Shown here one piece after another: positions 46,706-59,792 of a stretch of DNA of 64,000 nucleotides. Position 1 is the first letter of the stretch; each line of letters begins with the position of its first letter. Both the position numbers and the translations under genes were made by a program. This DNA comes from an uncultured delta proteobacterium. Lineage in GTDB: Bacteria > Myxococcota_A > Polyangia > Polyangiales > Polyangiaceae. The DNA lies in the NCBI GenBank assembly GCA_963841435.1, contig CAWJCS010000002.1:832001-896000 (forward strand). Reading direction: 5' to 3'. The notes below the pieces were generated by a model. The model was not told where the DNA came from. It ran no database searches and worked only from the letters and a program-made list of their open reading frames with translations.

Positions 46706-48385
46706 TCAATTCACGCTGCTGCTGCGCGTTTCCGTGGGCGGCGGCTCGTCCCGGGCGCTCCGGGCAATCTCGTCGCGCCGCTCCGCGGCGGCCCGCACGA
46801 AACCGGTAAACAGTGGGTGAGCGGCGAGCGGCCTGCTCTTGAACTCCGGATGAAACTGGCACCCGACGAAGAACGGATGTGCCTCGAGCTCGACGATCTC
46901 GACGAGGCGGTCGTCGGGGCTCGTGCCGCTCAGCTTGAGGCCGGCTCGGGTCAGCGCCTCACGGTAGTCGTTGTTGAACTCGAAGCGGTGACGGTGACGC
47001 TCCGAGATTTGCTCCTGCCCGTAGAGCGTCGCCGCCCGGCTGCCGGGAGCGAGCACGCAGGGGTAGGCGCCGAGGCGCATGGTGCCACCCTTGTCCTTCA
47101 CCCCGCGCTGGTCGGGCATGAGATCGATGAGCGGATGGGGGCAGTCCTTCTGGAACTCGGTGGAGCTCGCACCCTTGAGGCCGCACAGGCTTCGCCCGTA
47201 CTCGATCACGGCGAGCTGCATGCCCAGGCAAATGCCGAAGAACGGCACGGCGTTCTCGCGCGCGTAGCGGATCGCTTGGATCTTGCCCTCGACGCCGCGA
47301 TCGCCGAAGCCGCCCGGCACGAGCACGGCATCGAGCCCGCTCAGCAAGGCCGCGGCGCTGCCGCGCTCGATCTGCTCGGAGTCGATGTACTCGAGCTGCA
47401 CCGCAACGTCGTTGGCGAGCCCGCCGTGGACGAGCGCTTCGTGCAGAGACTTGTAGCTGTCCTTGAGGTGAACGTATTTGCCGACGACGCCGATGCGCAC
47501 GCTGCCGCTCGACGGCTTCTTGAAGCGCTCCACCGTCTCCTGCCACGCGGTGAGGTCGGGCTGGCGAGACCAGATGTTCAGGCGCTCGGCTATCTGCGCA
47601 TCGAGCCCTTCGGCGTGCAACACGAGGGGCAACTCGTAGATGCACGAAACGTCCACGGCGGTGACCACGCTCTCGACGGGAACATTGGAGAAGAGCGCGA
47701 TCTTTTCCTTGAGGCCGCGCGCAATGGGTCGATCGGAGCGACAGATCAGGATGTCGGGCTGGATGCCGATCTCGCGCATCTCCCGAACCGAATGTTGCGT
47801 CGGCTTGGTCTTGAGCTCCCCTGCCGACGCGATGTGCGGCACGAGCGTCACGTGCACGCTCAGGGCGTTGGTGGCGCCCGCCTCGAGCTTGAGCTGGCGA
47901 ATCGCCTCGAGGAACGGGAGCGACTCGATGTCGCCCACGGTGCCGCCCACCTCGATGATGGCAACGTCTGCGTCGTCGGTGGCCTGGCGGATACGCGCCT
48001 TGATCTCGTCGGTGATGTGCGGGATGACCTGCACGGTCGCGCCGAGATACTCCCCGCGCCGCTCCTTCGTGATGACGGCCTCGTAGATGCGCCCAGTCGT
48101 CACGTTGGCCTGACGGGTCAGCCGCGCCGAGGTGAAGCGTTCGTAGTGCCCTAGATCCAGATCGGTTTCGGCCCCGTCGTCGGTGACGTAGACCTCGCCG
48201 TGCTGGTAGGGCGACATCGTGCCTGGATCGACGTTGATGTACGGATCCAGCTTCATGTGCGTCACGGCCAGGCCGCGCGCTTCCATCAATGCACCGATCG
48301 ACGCCGACGTGAGTCCCTTACCGATGGACGAGACGACACCGCCGGTGACGAGGACGAACTTGGTTCGTCGATTCACCGTGGACAT
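46706..48385 (-). CDS. pyrG: CTP synthase
   Basis: [46 protein letters not shown]. Confidence 0.98.
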   Translation of the reverse strand: MSTVNRRTKFVLVTGGVVSSIGKGLTSASIGALMEARGLAVTHMKLDPYINVDPGTMSPYQHGEVYVTDDGAETDLDLGHYERFTSARLTRQANVTTGRIYEAVITKERRGEYLGATVQVIPHITDEIKARIRQATDDADVAIIEVGGTVGDIESLPFLEAIRQLKLEAGATNALSVHVTLVPHIASAGELKTKPTQHSVREMREIGIQPDILICRSDRPIARGLKEKIALFSNVPVESVVTAVDVSCIYELPLVLHAEGLDAQIAERLNIWSRQPDLTAWQETVERFKKPSSGSVRIGVVGKYVHLKDSYKSLHEALVHGGLANDVAVQLEYIDSEQIERGSAAALLSGLDAVLVPGGFGDRGVEGKIQAIRYARENAVPFFGICLGMQLAVIEYGRSLCGLKGASSTEFQKDCPHPLIDLMPDQRGVKDKGGTMRLGAYPCVLAPGSRAATLYGQEQISERHRHRFEFNNDYREALTRAGLKLSGTSPDDRLVEIVELEAHPFFVGCQFHPEFKSRPLAAHPLFTGFVRAAAERRDEIARSARDEPPPTETRSSSVN

Positions 48386-48580
48386 CACGGAAGATTTGGG
48401 TATCACGCCTTGTCACGTCCTGCACGCCAAAACTCTTTTTCGTTGGGTTTGTACGGCGAAACCCCACACGATTTTTTTTCGTGCGCGCGCAGGACGAGTC
48501 GTGTCGGCGTGTTTCGCGCGCGTTCCGAAATAACGCGTGGCGCGCGCGCGTCCTCGAGAGCGCTCGTGGCGGGTCTCGCG

Positions 48581-49120
48581 TCAGAACTCGCCCACGACGC
48601 CGAGCCCGATCGTGCCGCGCCCCGCGACGATGGGGAGCGCCCGGACCCGAGCGTGGTCCTTTTGCAGCCGCTCGCTGCCAGCGTCGTCGTGGAGCAGAAA
48701 CGATTCCAGTATCACGCCAAGTCCGCCGACCTGTCCTATCCCGTCGACGATGGCCAGGAGCGAGCGCACGGCAACGAGGGCGTTTCCGCAGTTCGGGTTG
48801 CCGTTGCAGCCCATGTCGCGAAGGGAGAGAAAGGGACCCGCGACGGGGATGCGCAGCGCGGGCGCCCACTGCTCGTCACGGAACGCGTAGGAGGCGCCCA
48901 GCGATAGCCCATACCAGCCCACGGTGACCGCCGCGCCCGTGAGCAGTAGGCGAGTCCTCGTACCAGGGTCCACGCGCTCAGGCTCGGTGGCCGGACGGTC
49001 GCGGGTGGGAGCAGCCACGGTGGGCTCAGCGGCGTGCGTGGGGAGGCTCAGGAGACACCCCACGGCGACCACGCCCAAAGCCACCAATTTAGAGTGGTTT
49101 CGTGCGCTCACGCCCGCCAT
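48581..49120 (-). CDS. Hypothetical secreted/membrane protein
   Basis: Signal peptide, IPVAGPF, C-terminal G.F. Confidence 0.6.
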   Translation of the reverse strand: MAGVSARNHSKLVALGVVAVGCLLSLPTHAAEPTVAAPTRDRPATEPERVDPGTRTRLLLTGAAVTVGWYGLSLGASYAFRDEQWAPALRIPVAGPFLSLRDMGCNGNPNCGNALVAVRSLLAIVDGIGQVGGLGVILESFLLHDDAGSERLQKDHARVRALPIVAGRGTIGLGVVGEF

Positions 49121-49203
49121 ACGCGCGCACTTTGCCCCCGGAACCGGGGGCCTAGCAAGGCAGAAAGGTGGCCACCCGGTCGATCGCGTCTAAGACTCGA
49201 CCC

Positions 49204-50691
49204 ATGCGCCCCGCCGCGCCGACCGTCGTCACCCGCCGGGCTTTCCTTGCGTCGGCGGCGCTCCTCGCCTTTGCGGGGCGGGGTCGGGCTGCGCCTGCCG
49301 GGCTCGGGACTTTGCTCGGGCCCGCGCTCGAGGCCGCGGGGCGCTTTGCGACCTCGCACGGCGGTCAGTTCGGCGCCTGCTTCCTCGATGCGAGGACGGG
49401 CGAGGAGCTTGCCAGCCTGCACGGCGACGTGCCCGATAACCCTGCGTCCAACGAGAAGCTCGTCACTGCGGCGGCCGCGCTGCGCCTCCTCGGGCCGGAC
49501 CAGCGCTTCGAGACCGCGCTCTACGGCCGCCCCGTCAACGGTCGCATCGAGCGGCTCGTCCTCCGCGGCGAGGGTGACCCCTCCCTGTCGAGCGCCGATC
49601 TCACCGCCTTCGCAGGGGACCTTCGCACGCGAGGTGTCAAGGAGGTCGGCGACATCCTCGTCGACCAGAGTGCCTTCGAGGAGCGCTTCGTGCCGCCTGG
49701 CTTCGAGCAGCAGCCGGACGAGTGGGCAGCGTTTCGGGCCCCCGTGAGCGCCGTGGCCGTCGACCGGAATAGCGTGCTCATCACCATCGCGCCGACGACC
49801 AAGGGACTGTCGGCCCGCGTCGGCTTCGAGCCGAGCGGCTTCGTCAACGTCGAGGGCGACATCGAGACGGTTGCCAAGGGCACGCGCGCGCTGCCGCGCG
49901 TGGGTCTCTCCGCGAAGGGTCAGCACCTTGCCGCGCGCCTCAGCGGCTCCATCGCCGAGGGTGCCGACTCGTACCGCTACCGCCAGCGCGTCGATGACCC
50001 CAGGTTGCTCGCGGGCTACGTCCTCAGGGAAGGTCTGGCTTCGGTGGGCATCGCCGTTGGCGGCACGATTCGCCTCGGTGGAGCCGACGAGTCACGTGAG
50101 ATCGTGAGCCACGAGTCCGCAACGCTCGCCGAGCTCTTGCCGGAGCTCGGTAAGGCAAGCGACAACTTCTACGCGGAGATGGTGCTCCGCGCGCTCGGGC
50201 GGAGGTCGCGCGGACGCCCTGCGACGAGCGCCGCGGGCGCCGCCGCCGCCATCCAGTTCCTCAAGGACATCGGCGCTTGGGAGGATGGCCAGCGCGTCAC
50301 CAACGGCTCGGGCCTGTTCGATTCGAATCGCGTCACGCCGCGCTGTCTGTCGCGCGTGCTCGTGGCCATGACCAACGACGCCACGCTCGGCCCGCACTTT
50401 CGCGCGCAGCTCTCGGTCGGGGGAGTCGACGGCACGCTCAAGAGCCGCTTCAGGTCCCCGGGGACCCGCGGCGCCGTGCTCGGAAAGACTGGCACCTTGC
50501 GAGACGTCGTGGCGCTGAGCGGCTACGTCCTCGGCGCCGACAACCGGCCTTCCGTCGCCTTCTCGTGCCTAATGTCCGGGATCGCCGGGCGCACCGGTGC
50601 CGCGCGGCAGGCGATGGACCGCATCGTCGGAATCGCCGTCGGCGAGGCGCGGCGCTCATCGCCCGACGGCGCCCGCGCCGCGGCGCCGTGA
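49204..50691 (+). CDS. dacB: D-Ala-D-Ala carboxypeptidase/endopeptidase (PBP4)
   Basis: Tat TRRAFL, PASNEK, SDN, NGSGL, KTGT. Confidence 0.9.
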   Translation: MRPAAPTVVTRRAFLASAALLAFAGRGRAAPAGLGTLLGPALEAAGRFATSHGGQFGACFLDARTGEELASLHGDVPDNPASNEKLVTAAAALRLLGPDQRFETALYGRPVNGRIERLVLRGEGDPSLSSADLTAFAGDLRTRGVKEVGDILVDQSAFEERFVPPGFEQQPDEWAAFRAPVSAVAVDRNSVLITIAPTTKGLSARVGFEPSGFVNVEGDIETVAKGTRALPRVGLSAKGQHLAARLSGSIAEGADSYRYRQRVDDPRLLAGYVLREGLASVGIAVGGTIRLGGADESREIVSHESATLAELLPELGKASDNFYAEMVLRALGRRSRGRPATSAAGAAAAIQFLKDIGAWEDGQRVTNGSGLFDSNRVTPRCLSRVLVAMTNDATLGPHFRAQLSVGGVDGTLKSRFRSPGTRGAVLGKTGTLRDVVALSGYVLGADNRPSVAFSCLMSGIAGRTGAARQAMDRIVGIAVGEARRSSPDGARAAAP

Positions 50692-50822
50692 CCGGGGTCC
50701 GCCCCGGCCCCCTTCGGCCGCCGCTGATTTTCTGATCGAAAGGGTCCGGAGGCGCATCGCAGGAGGCACACCGGCGGCCCGGCGGCGAGCCGAGCGGCCG
50801 CGAGCCCGACGGGGCACCTGCC

Positions 50823-51509
50823 ATGCGAAAGCTGCTGATTCGTTTACTCCCCTTTGGGGCATGCCTTTTCGGCATGGGCTGTTCGGCGGGGCCGGCGCAC
50901 GCCCCCGCGCCGGCGCCCCTGACCGTGACCTGGCCGGTGGACCGCCTCGACACCGTCGGCGGCTACCACGTGAAGGTCGTCGGCACCCCCGCCGTCAAGG
51001 ACGACGGCACCGGACCCGCTGTCTGCTTCGGCGGCGAGGACGACGGTCTGGACGTCGCCATCAACCCGCTCGACCTGCAGACCGAGTTCACCATCGAGGT
51101 GCTGTTCAAGCCCGAGCCCGGCGGCTCGCCCCGACAGCAGTTCTTCCACCTTGCCGACGACGACGGAGGCAACGTGCTCTTGGAGCTCGCCGTCGGTTCG
51201 CGTGGCAAGTTTCGGCTGAGCTCGTTCTCCAAGGTCGGAGACGAGAAGCGCGACCTCAGCGGCCCTCCCGGGTCCCAGAAGGTAGACACTTGGTACTGGG
51301 CCGCGCTCACGTACTCCGAGGAGACGGCGCGGCTCTACCTGAACGGACAGGAACAGGCGGGCGACCACGTCGCGCTCAGACCCATGTCGCACGGCCAGAT
51401 GGGGATCGGCTACCGCATGTCGGAGGAGAACTGGTTCCGAGGCTGTGTGCGCGAGCTCAGGTTTGCCAACGCCGCGCTCTCCGCCGATCGCTTGCAGAGC
51501 ACGGAGTAG
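50823..51509 (+). CDS. LamG/concanavalin A-like lipoprotein
   Basis: Lipobox MGC, FTIEVLFKP, W...ALTY...LYLNG, FRG.VRELR...ALS. Confidence 0.8.
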   Translation: MRKLLIRLLPFGACLFGMGCSAGPAHAPAPAPLTVTWPVDRLDTVGGYHVKVVGTPAVKDDGTGPAVCFGGEDDGLDVAINPLDLQTEFTIEVLFKPEPGGSPRQQFFHLADDDGGNVLLELAVGSRGKFRLSSFSKVGDEKRDLSGPPGSQKVDTWYWAALTYSEETARLYLNGQEQAGDHVALRPMSHGQMGIGYRMSEENWFRGCVRELRFANAALSADRLQSTE

Positions 51510-51543
51510 CGATCACCTCGCCCAGACCGCGCGCTCCCCGGGC

Positions 51544-51933
51544 TCAGGGCGTCTGCGCCTGGGCCTGCGCTGCGCGGAACGCTTCCAGATCGTGATCGTA
51601 CTCGCTGCGATCCGTGAGTGTCATCGACAAGAACAGGATCAAGAAGAGCACGCTCGTCAGAAAGAGGATCAGGTGAAAGACCCGATCCCAGCGGAGGTGC
51701 ATGAAGTAGGTCACGACAAGCCCCGCCTTGATCGTCGCGATCACCATGGCGACCGTGAGGTTGCCCTGGGCGCCCAGATCGAAGCTCGTGACGCTTACCG
51801 TGAGGATCGTGAGCACCAGGAGGGCGCCCAGCACGGTGAAGAGCAGGGGCAGCGGTGTCGGGTGCGCGAACCCGTGCTCCGCGTGCTCGCCCGCGTGGTC
51901 TCCACCTTTGGATGCGTGTGCGTCGTCAGACAT
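51544..51933 (-). CDS. ctaF: Cytochrome c oxidase subunit IV
   Basis: IATIKAGLVVTYFMHL motif, operon position. Confidence 0.85.
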   Translation of the reverse strand: MSDDAHASKGGDHAGEHAEHGFAHPTPLPLLFTVLGALLVLTILTVSVTSFDLGAQGNLTVAMVIATIKAGLVVTYFMHLRWDRVFHLILFLTSVLFLILFLSMTLTDRSEYDHDLEAFRAAQAQAQTP

Positions 51934-51940
51934 CGTCGCC

Positions 51941-52951
51941 TCAGTGAATCAGGTAGAGCAGCGGGAACAGGTAGATCCAGATCATGTCTACCAAGTGCCA
52001 ATAGAGCGCCGCGTAGTCGATGGGGCCGAAGTAGTCGGGTCCGAAGACCTTCCTTCTTGCCTTCGTCAAAAGCCAGATCCAGATGCCGATGCCGATCAGG
52101 ACGTGCAGGCCGTGCAGGCCCGTCATGAAGAAGTAGATGCTGAAAAACACGTGCGCGTTGCGTGGCCGCGAGATCCCGTGGGGTGTTTCGGACTTTTCGC
52201 CGATCAGGCCCGCGGCGAGCAACGGCTCGACCTGCTCGAGCGTGGGTGGCTCGGCGCTCTCGGGTGTGCCTTCTTCCTTGTTCGGATCGGCCGCGGCGGC
52301 GGGCTTGGCGGCGCCGGCCGGCTCGGCCGCCTTGGCCTCGGTCGCCTCCTGGGCGCGCGCGAGCTTTTCGGCGTACTCGGCCGCTTCGGGGTGCTTCTTC
52401 TTGAACGAAGGTAGCTCCCAGATCTGCTCCTTGGGCGCGAAGTTCGGACCCCAGAGCAGTCCGTCGTGGAACTTGTGGGAGTACTCGACGTACTTGATCC
52501 CCATGAACGTGCAGGCGCACGCGATGGTGATGACGATGTTGGTCATCAGCATCGTGTGCTGACGAAGCTGCGCGTTTCGCACGGCCCACGCTGCCGTCAA
52601 GCTGCTGATGAGCAGCACGCAGGTGTTGAGGGCGCCGAGTCGAGTATCGAGGAAGTAGTGCGCATACACGAAGACCTCGGGGCGGATGCCTCGATAGATG
52701 GTGTACGCGCAGAAGAGCCCCGCGAAGAACAGCACCTCCGTCAGCAAGAACAGCCAGATGCCGAGCTTGCCGGCTTCGAACTGCTGCTGCGGCGTGTCGA
52801 AGTGGTGCGCGAGGTGAGGATGCGTGGCGTGCTCGTGATCCTCGTGATCGTGCCCATGGCTACCCGCGTGATCGTGGCCGTGCGCTGCCACCGCCGCCGG
52901 GGGCGCCGAGGGCTCTGCCGACGGCTCTGCTTGGGGAGTCGGTTCGCTCAT
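51941..52951 (-). CDS. ctaE: Cytochrome c oxidase subunit III
   Basis: LGIWLFLLTE, TGLHGLHV, YWHLVD. Confidence 0.92.
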   Translation of the reverse strand: MSEPTPQAEPSAEPSAPPAAVAAHGHDHAGSHGHDHEDHEHATHPHLAHHFDTPQQQFEAGKLGIWLFLLTEVLFFAGLFCAYTIYRGIRPEVFVYAHYFLDTRLGALNTCVLLISSLTAAWAVRNAQLRQHTMLMTNIVITIACACTFMGIKYVEYSHKFHDGLLWGPNFAPKEQIWELPSFKKKHPEAAEYAEKLARAQEATEAKAAEPAGAAKPAAAADPNKEEGTPESAEPPTLEQVEPLLAAGLIGEKSETPHGISRPRNAHVFFSIYFFMTGLHGLHVLIGIGIWIWLLTKARRKVFGPDYFGPIDYAALYWHLVDMIWIYLFPLLYLIH

Positions 52952-52961
52952 GGTCGAGTCC

Positions 52962-54641
<1,680 letters not shown>

Positions 54642-54660
54642 GGACCGGGTTCCTTCGCTC

Positions 54661-55656
54661 TTACTTCAGGGTCTTGATGTACTCGATGACGCCGCTGAGC
54701 TGGCGATCACTGAGCTTGCCCTGGTAGGTGGGCATCGAGGGCGGGAAACCCTCCACGATTTTCGCCTGCGGGTCCTGGATCGACTCGCGGATGTAGTCCT
54801 CGTCGACCGTGGCCGCCGTGCCCCCCGTGAAGTGCTCCGTCTTGCCGAACACGCCCTTCCAGGAAGGACCGATGCGAGGCGTGCCGTCGGTGCTGTGGCA
54901 CGTGGCACAGCCCTGCTTGTCGTAAATCAGCTTGCCGAGATCGACGAGCGGGATGTCTTCCATCTTCTTCTTCGCCTCGGCGAGCCACTTCTCGAAGCCA
55001 CCGGGCTCGTGAACGATCACGCGGCTCAGCATGTCCGAGTGGGAGGTGCCGCAGTACTCGGCGCAGAAGATGGGGAACTCTCCGACCTTCGTGGCGTGAA
55101 ACCAGAGGTCGGTGTAGCGACCGGGCACGGCGTCCATCTTCACGCGGAAGTTCGGCAAGAACAGGCTGTGCAAAACGTCAACCGAATGGATGACGATGCG
55201 CACGTCGCGATCGACGGGCACGTGCAACGCGTCTTCCGTGCCATGGGGGTAGTCGAAGAGCCACTTCCACTTCTGACCCGTGGCCTGGATCTCGAGCGCG
55301 CCCTTGGGCGGCGTGCGGAGATTGACGAACCCGCGGAAGCCCCAGACGAAAAGGGCGATCACCACGAAGAGCGGCAGAATCGACCAGGTGATTTCGAGCG
55401 TGGTGTTGTGCTCGGAGCTGCGCTCGGAGAGCTCGTTCTGCGCGCGAGCTCCGGCTCGGTACTTCGTCACGAAGTACGCCATCGCCGCGAAGATGGCGAT
55501 CGAGCAAATGACCGACATCCAGATCATGAACATGTAGAGCCAGTCGATCTGGTGCGCCGTGGTGGACGCATCGAGCGGCATCCAGAACGTGTCCGAGTCT
55601 GGAAGCTTGGGAAGGGTCTGGGCTGGCTGGAGCAAGAACGTGGGGGTCATGGTCAT
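54661..55656 (-). CDS. ctaC: Cytochrome c oxidase subunit II with fused cytochrome c (caa3)
   Basis: [17 protein letters not shown]uA site, CATCH heme. Confidence 0.95.
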   Translation of the reverse strand: MTMTPTFLLQPAQTLPKLPDSDTFWMPLDASTTAHQIDWLYMFMIWMSVICSIAIFAAMAYFVTKYRAGARAQNELSERSSEHNTTLEITWSILPLFVVIALFVWGFRGFVNLRTPPKGALEIQATGQKWKWLFDYPHGTEDALHVPVDRDVRIVIHSVDVLHSLFLPNFRVKMDAVPGRYTDLWFHATKVGEFPIFCAEYCGTSHSDMLSRVIVHEPGGFEKWLAEAKKKMEDIPLVDLGKLIYDKQGCATCHSTDGTPRIGPSWKGVFGKTEHFTGGTAATVDEDYIRESIQDPQAKIVEGFPPSMPTYQGKLSDRQLSGVIEYIKTLK

Positions 55657-56534
55657 GAAACGCTTTCAGCGGGCTTCGACGACGAGCGCTTGTGACGCTT
55701 CTTCCGCTCTGCTCGGAGGAGCACGATCACGAAGCCGGCGAGCAGCACCACGCTCACGGCGCCGCCCACGCGCATGATCCTGGATGCCACGGGGGCGTAG
55801 CGCCCGACGCTGGCGTCGTAGTGGAAGCAATAGAGGACGAGCTTGTCGAACGGCGTGCCGATCTTGCCTTCCGAGGCTTCGAGGAGCGCGAGCCTGAGCG
55901 ACTGCGGCGGGTACTCGATGCCGTAGAGGTAGCGGACGATCTTGCCGTCGGGGCTCGCGACCGCCATGGCCGAGGGGTGCGCGTACTCGTTGCGCTCGGG
56001 GTTGTAGCCGAAGCCGAAGCCGAGCGCCTTGGCGTACCCCTTCACGGCCTGCTCGTTGCCCGTCAAGAAGTGCCAGCCGTCCTTCGCCTCGGGGCGCCCG
56101 TACGCGGCGAGGTAGCGGTGCTGCGTCTTTAGCGCCTGCTCCGGCGTCTCGCGGTGGTCGATACTCACCGTCACCATGCGAAAATCGCGGCCCGGCACGT
56201 AAGCGATCTGCTTTAGCCCCTCGACGAAGCCGTTGAGCATCAGGCCGCACAGCATCGGGCAGTTCGAGTAGTTGAACGTCAGCACGACGGGCAGCTTGCC
56301 GTCGAAGTAATCCCCGAGGGTGACGGGGCGGCCGAGCTCGTCGTGAAACGCGAGTGACGCCGGAACGTGCGAACCGAGATGCTCGTCGACCTCGACGTTT
56401 TCGAGCGCCTTGGGGGTCGCGTCCGTGCGATCGGCCCGCTCGCCCGGGGATACGGGATGCGCCGTCGCGGTGGGCGGAGAGAGCAGGCACGCCACGAGCG
56501 CGGCCCCGACGAGCAGCCCACGCCTACTAGCCAT
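55653..56534 (-). CDS. SCO family copper chaperone
   Basis: CPMLC, YAHPS, operon position. Confidence 0.88.
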   Translation of the reverse strand: MASRRGLLVGAALVACLLSPPTATAHPVSPGERADRTDATPKALENVEVDEHLGSHVPASLAFHDELGRPVTLGDYFDGKLPVVLTFNYSNCPMLCGLMLNGFVEGLKQIAYVPGRDFRMVTVSIDHRETPEQALKTQHRYLAAYGRPEAKDGWHFLTGNEQAVKGYAKALGFGFGYNPERNEYAHPSAMAVASPDGKIVRYLYGIEYPPQSLRLALLEASEGKIGTPFDKLVLYCFHYDASVGRYAPVASRIMRVGGAVSVVLLAGFVIVLLRAERKKRHKRSSSKPAESVS

Positions 56535-57192
56535 CGCTCGTGGGTGGCGCGGCCGGCGGCTTCGGTGCGGGGGCCGCGGGCGTTGCCGTGGGCTTGGGGT
56601 TCGGCATCATGGGTGCCGCCGTGGGCGTGGGGCTCGGCACCATGGGTGCCGCCGTGGGCGTGGGGCTCGGCACCATGGGTGCCGCCGTGGGCTTGGCGCT
56701 CGGCATCACGGGCGCCGTGCCTGTTGCGGGAGCGGGCGCGACGGTCGCCGAAGGGGCAGCCGGAGGAGGCGTGCTGGGCGCGGGGGCGAGCGGCGCCCCG
56801 TCGGCTCCCACCGCGCCCTCGGTCCCCGCGTCGGCTTCCGCGGCACCGGCGTCGCCTTCCACGCCAGCGTCGGCGTCGGCCGCGGTGTCGGCGCCCGCGT
56901 CCTTTTCGGGAGCGGGCGGCGTGGCGCTCCAGGGGTCGCGCTGCAAATCGATGACGACCGAGCTCATGGCCCGCTCGATTGGCAGGCGCCCAGCTTCGAG
57001 CTTCTCGCGCTGCTCCTTGACGAGCGAGTGGTAGGGAATCGCCGCGAGGCCCGCGCGCTCCGCGGCGACCGTGCCGACCTCGTAGCGGACGAGGGCGTCG
57101 ACGGCCAGGGCGATGGCCAGGGTGGCAAAGGTTCCCACGGCGACGATGGTCCCGAGGGCGCCGCTGTTGACCTTATCGTTCTCGGTGGCCAT
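56527..57192 (-). CDS. Single-TM accessory protein in ACIII cluster with Pro-rich repeat tail
   Basis: TM then PTAAPMVPSPT repeats; position after actF (possibly ActG-like). Confidence 0.6.
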   Translation of the reverse strand: MATENDKVNSGALGTIVAVGTFATLAIALAVDALVRYEVGTVAAERAGLAAIPYHSLVKEQREKLEAGRLPIERAMSSVVIDLQRDPWSATPPAPEKDAGADTAADADAGVEGDAGAAEADAGTEGAVGADGAPLAPAPSTPPPAAPSATVAPAPATGTAPVMPSAKPTAAPMVPSPTPTAAPMVPSPTPTAAPMMPNPKPTATPAAPAPKPPAAPPTSDG

Positions 57193-58529
57193 CAGAGGTT
57201 CTCGAAGGCGAGCGAGCGAGCGAGTCGCGGGTCCTTGGTGGGGAGCAGGTTGAGCCCCTTGGCGCGCTGGGCCGCGGCGGCCACGAGCGCGCTCAAGAGA
57301 CCGATCAGGCAGAGGATATCCATCGCCTGCAGGTTCGGTTCCTCGTCGAAGCTCGGCATGACGAGCCAGTACATGTCGACGTAGACCATGCCGAGCATCC
57401 ACACCGCGAAGAAGGCGAGCGTCTTCTTGTTGCGCTTGATGTGGCGCGAGAGCAGCCCGAAGAATGGGAACACGAAGTGCCCGAACACGAGCGCCCAGGA
57501 GACGGTGCCCCAGCCTCCTGCGAAGCGCTCCTTGAACCAGGCCGTCTCCTCGGGGATGTTCGCGTACCAGATCAGCATGAACTGCGAGAAGCCGATGTAG
57601 GCCCAGAACACGGTGAAGGCGAATAGCATCTTACCCACGTCGTGGTAGTGCTCGACCGTTACGCTTTTCGTCAGGCGGCCCTTGGCTTGCAGCCACATCG
57701 CCGCGAGGCTCAGCGTGGCGTGCACGGCAAGTACGCAGCTCGCGAAGAAGTACACGCCGAAGATCGTGCTGAACCAGTGGGCGTCCACCGACATGAGGAG
57801 GTCGACAGCGCAGAAGGTCAGCGTCAGCGCGAACAGGATCATGGCCGGCCCCGAGACGCGCCGCATGGACGGGATGATCTCCGCGCCGCCCGTTTCGTCG
57901 AGGCGTACGGAGCCGTTCAGGTAGAAACGCGAGAGCAGCGTCCAGAACCCGAAATAGAACACCATCCTCAGCGCGAAAAAGCCGGGATTCAGGTAGGCCG
58001 CCTTGTGAGCCAGCATGTGGTCGGCCTCCATCTGCGCGTGGTCCGCCCACGCGTAGATGAGGCCGCTGCCGTTGAGCACCGGCAACACGATGGGCAGCGA
58101 GAGCACCGCCATGAGCGGAGCGTTCGCGGCGAACACCTCGCCGATGCGGCGTAGCACCACGCTCCAGTGAGCGTTCACGAGGTGTTGCAAAGTGACCCAG
58201 AACAAGTGGCCCGCGCTGATCGCCAGGGCGACGGCGTAGGCGACGAGGTAGGCGCGCGAGAGCCGCTTGAACCCGTCGCCGGCGGAAGCGCCGAGGACGA
58301 CGGCCAGGCCGAGTGAAACGACCGCGAGGCCGGCGGCCTTCGCGAACAACGTGCTGCCCTCGCTGCCGAGCCGGATGCTGTCCGACACGCCTCCGACGAG
58401 CGTTTGCACCGAGGCGTCGTCGGCGCGCGGCTTCGTGCCCGTGGCTTTCGACTCCGCCGATCCTTTCGAGGAGTCGGGCTTGCGCTCGGAGCCGCCCTTG
58501 CCTTTGCTGCCTTTCTTCGCGGTTGCCAT
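57192..58529 (-). CDS. actF: Alternative complex III subunit F
   Basis: W...LRRI.E, K.AYLN..FF..R, WFSTIFG, FSQFMLIWYANIPEE. Confidence 0.9.
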   Translation of the reverse strand: MATAKKGSKGKGGSERKPDSSKGSAESKATGTKPRADDASVQTLVGGVSDSIRLGSEGSTLFAKAAGLAVVSLGLAVVLGASAGDGFKRLSRAYLVAYAVALAISAGHLFWVTLQHLVNAHWSVVLRRIGEVFAANAPLMAVLSLPIVLPVLNGSGLIYAWADHAQMEADHMLAHKAAYLNPGFFALRMVFYFGFWTLLSRFYLNGSVRLDETGGAEIIPSMRRVSGPAMILFALTLTFCAVDLLMSVDAHWFSTIFGVYFFASCVLAVHATLSLAAMWLQAKGRLTKSVTVEHYHDVGKMLFAFTVFWAYIGFSQFMLIWYANIPEETAWFKERFAGGWGTVSWALVFGHFVFPFFGLLSRHIKRNKKTLAFFAVWMLGMVYVDMYWLVMPSFDEEPNLQAMDILCLIGLLSALVAAAAQRAKGLNLLPTKDPRLARSLAFENL

Positions 58530-58556
58530 CGTGTCGTCTTCGCTTCGTTCGGAGGC

Positions 58557-59789
58557 CTACTGCGCTCTGCCGCGCTCGCTTGGCGAAAGCGAAGCGGTCT
58601 TGCCGGTATGCGCACGCTGCAGCGCGCGCACGTACATCACGATTGCCCAGCGATCCTCGGTTGGGATCTGCGGGCCGTAGCCCGGCATGGTGCGGATGCC
58701 GTGGGTGATCGTGTTGAAGATCTCTCCGACGGCCATCTGCTTGAGATTGTCCTGCGTCAGGTTCGACGGCGGAACCCAGGTGCCCTGCTGCAGCTCTTCG
58801 GCGCGCCTGGCGACCATGCCATTGCCTTCGCCGCCCTGCCCGTGGCACGGGGTGCAGTAAATGCCGAAGCGCTGGCGCCCACGCTCGACGGTGGCCTCTT
58901 CCGCGCGCACCTGGGAGGGGAACGTCCGCGCCCAGGCGCCGTTCTGCTTGCCCCGGTAGAAGTGATCGTCCTCGTGGAGCTCGCCCACGGCGACCGTCTC
59001 GGGCTCCTGGGGTCGGGCGGCGCGCCCGTCGGCAAACACGGGATTTTCCCGCTGCGCCTTGTACTTGGGCTGCCAGTCCATGTCCCCGATCAGGTGTATG
59101 CGGGGGCTTCTCGAAGTGGCAAAGCGCGCCTTGGCCGCGAGCGCGAAGGGAACCGCCGCCGCCACGGTGAGGATCACGACCGCGTAGATGAGCCCTTTCG
59201 GTATCGCGCTCGGCGTGACGTTGTCTTCCGGCACGGCCTCGATGGCGCTCGGGTGCGTCTCCTCGAGGAGCTTCTTCGTCGCTTCGTCGTCGAACTTCGG
59301 ATCGGCCGCCTCGATGAGCAAGAAGAAGCGGTCGTCGGTCGAGCGCGCGAAGCGCCGCACCGCGTCGAGCGGGTGGGAGGGGTAGGGCAGGTTGTTCAGC
59401 ACCAGCATCGCGACCAGCGCCGTGATGCCGGCAAAAAGAACCGTGAGCTCGAACATGATCGGCACGTTGGCCGGGATGCTCCAGATGGGCTTGCCGCTGA
59501 TGAGCCACGCGTAATCGTAGGCGTTCGTCCACCATTGCAAGAGGATGGCCGTGGCGAGGCCCGTGAGACCGGCGCCGAGGACGATCCACGGCAGGATCGT
59601 CATCTTGATGCCCATCGCCTTGTCGATGCCGTGCACCGGGAAGGGCGTGTAGGTGTCCCAGCGGGAGAAGCCCGCGTCGCGGATCTTCTTGGAGGCGGCC
59701 AGGATGCCCGACGGCGAGTTATACTCGGCGAGCAAGCCGTGGAGCGCCGCGGGCCCGGGGGCTTCTGGGGTCGCTTCGTCGTGGCTCAT
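58557..59789 (-). CDS. actDE: Alternative complex III ActD-ActE fusion
   Basis: DTYTPFPVHG, GKP....PA..PIMFELTVL (DUF3341), then DM..QPK and CTPCH. Confidence 0.88.
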   Translation of the reverse strand: MSHDEATPEAPGPAALHGLLAEYNSPSGILAASKKIRDAGFSRWDTYTPFPVHGIDKAMGIKMTILPWIVLGAGLTGLATAILLQWWTNAYDYAWLISGKPIWSIPANVPIMFELTVLFAGITALVAMLVLNNLPYPSHPLDAVRRFARSTDDRFFLLIEAADPKFDDEATKKLLEETHPSAIEAVPEDNVTPSAIPKGLIYAVVILTVAAAVPFALAAKARFATSRSPRIHLIGDMDWQPKYKAQRENPVFADGRAARPQEPETVAVGELHEDDHFYRGKQNGAWARTFPSQVRAEEATVERGRQRFGIYCTPCHGQGGEGNGMVARRAEELQQGTWVPPSNLTQDNLKQMAVGEIFNTITHGIRTMPGYGPQIPTEDRWAIVMYVRALQRAHTGKTASLSPSERGRAQ

Positions 59790-59792
59790 GAC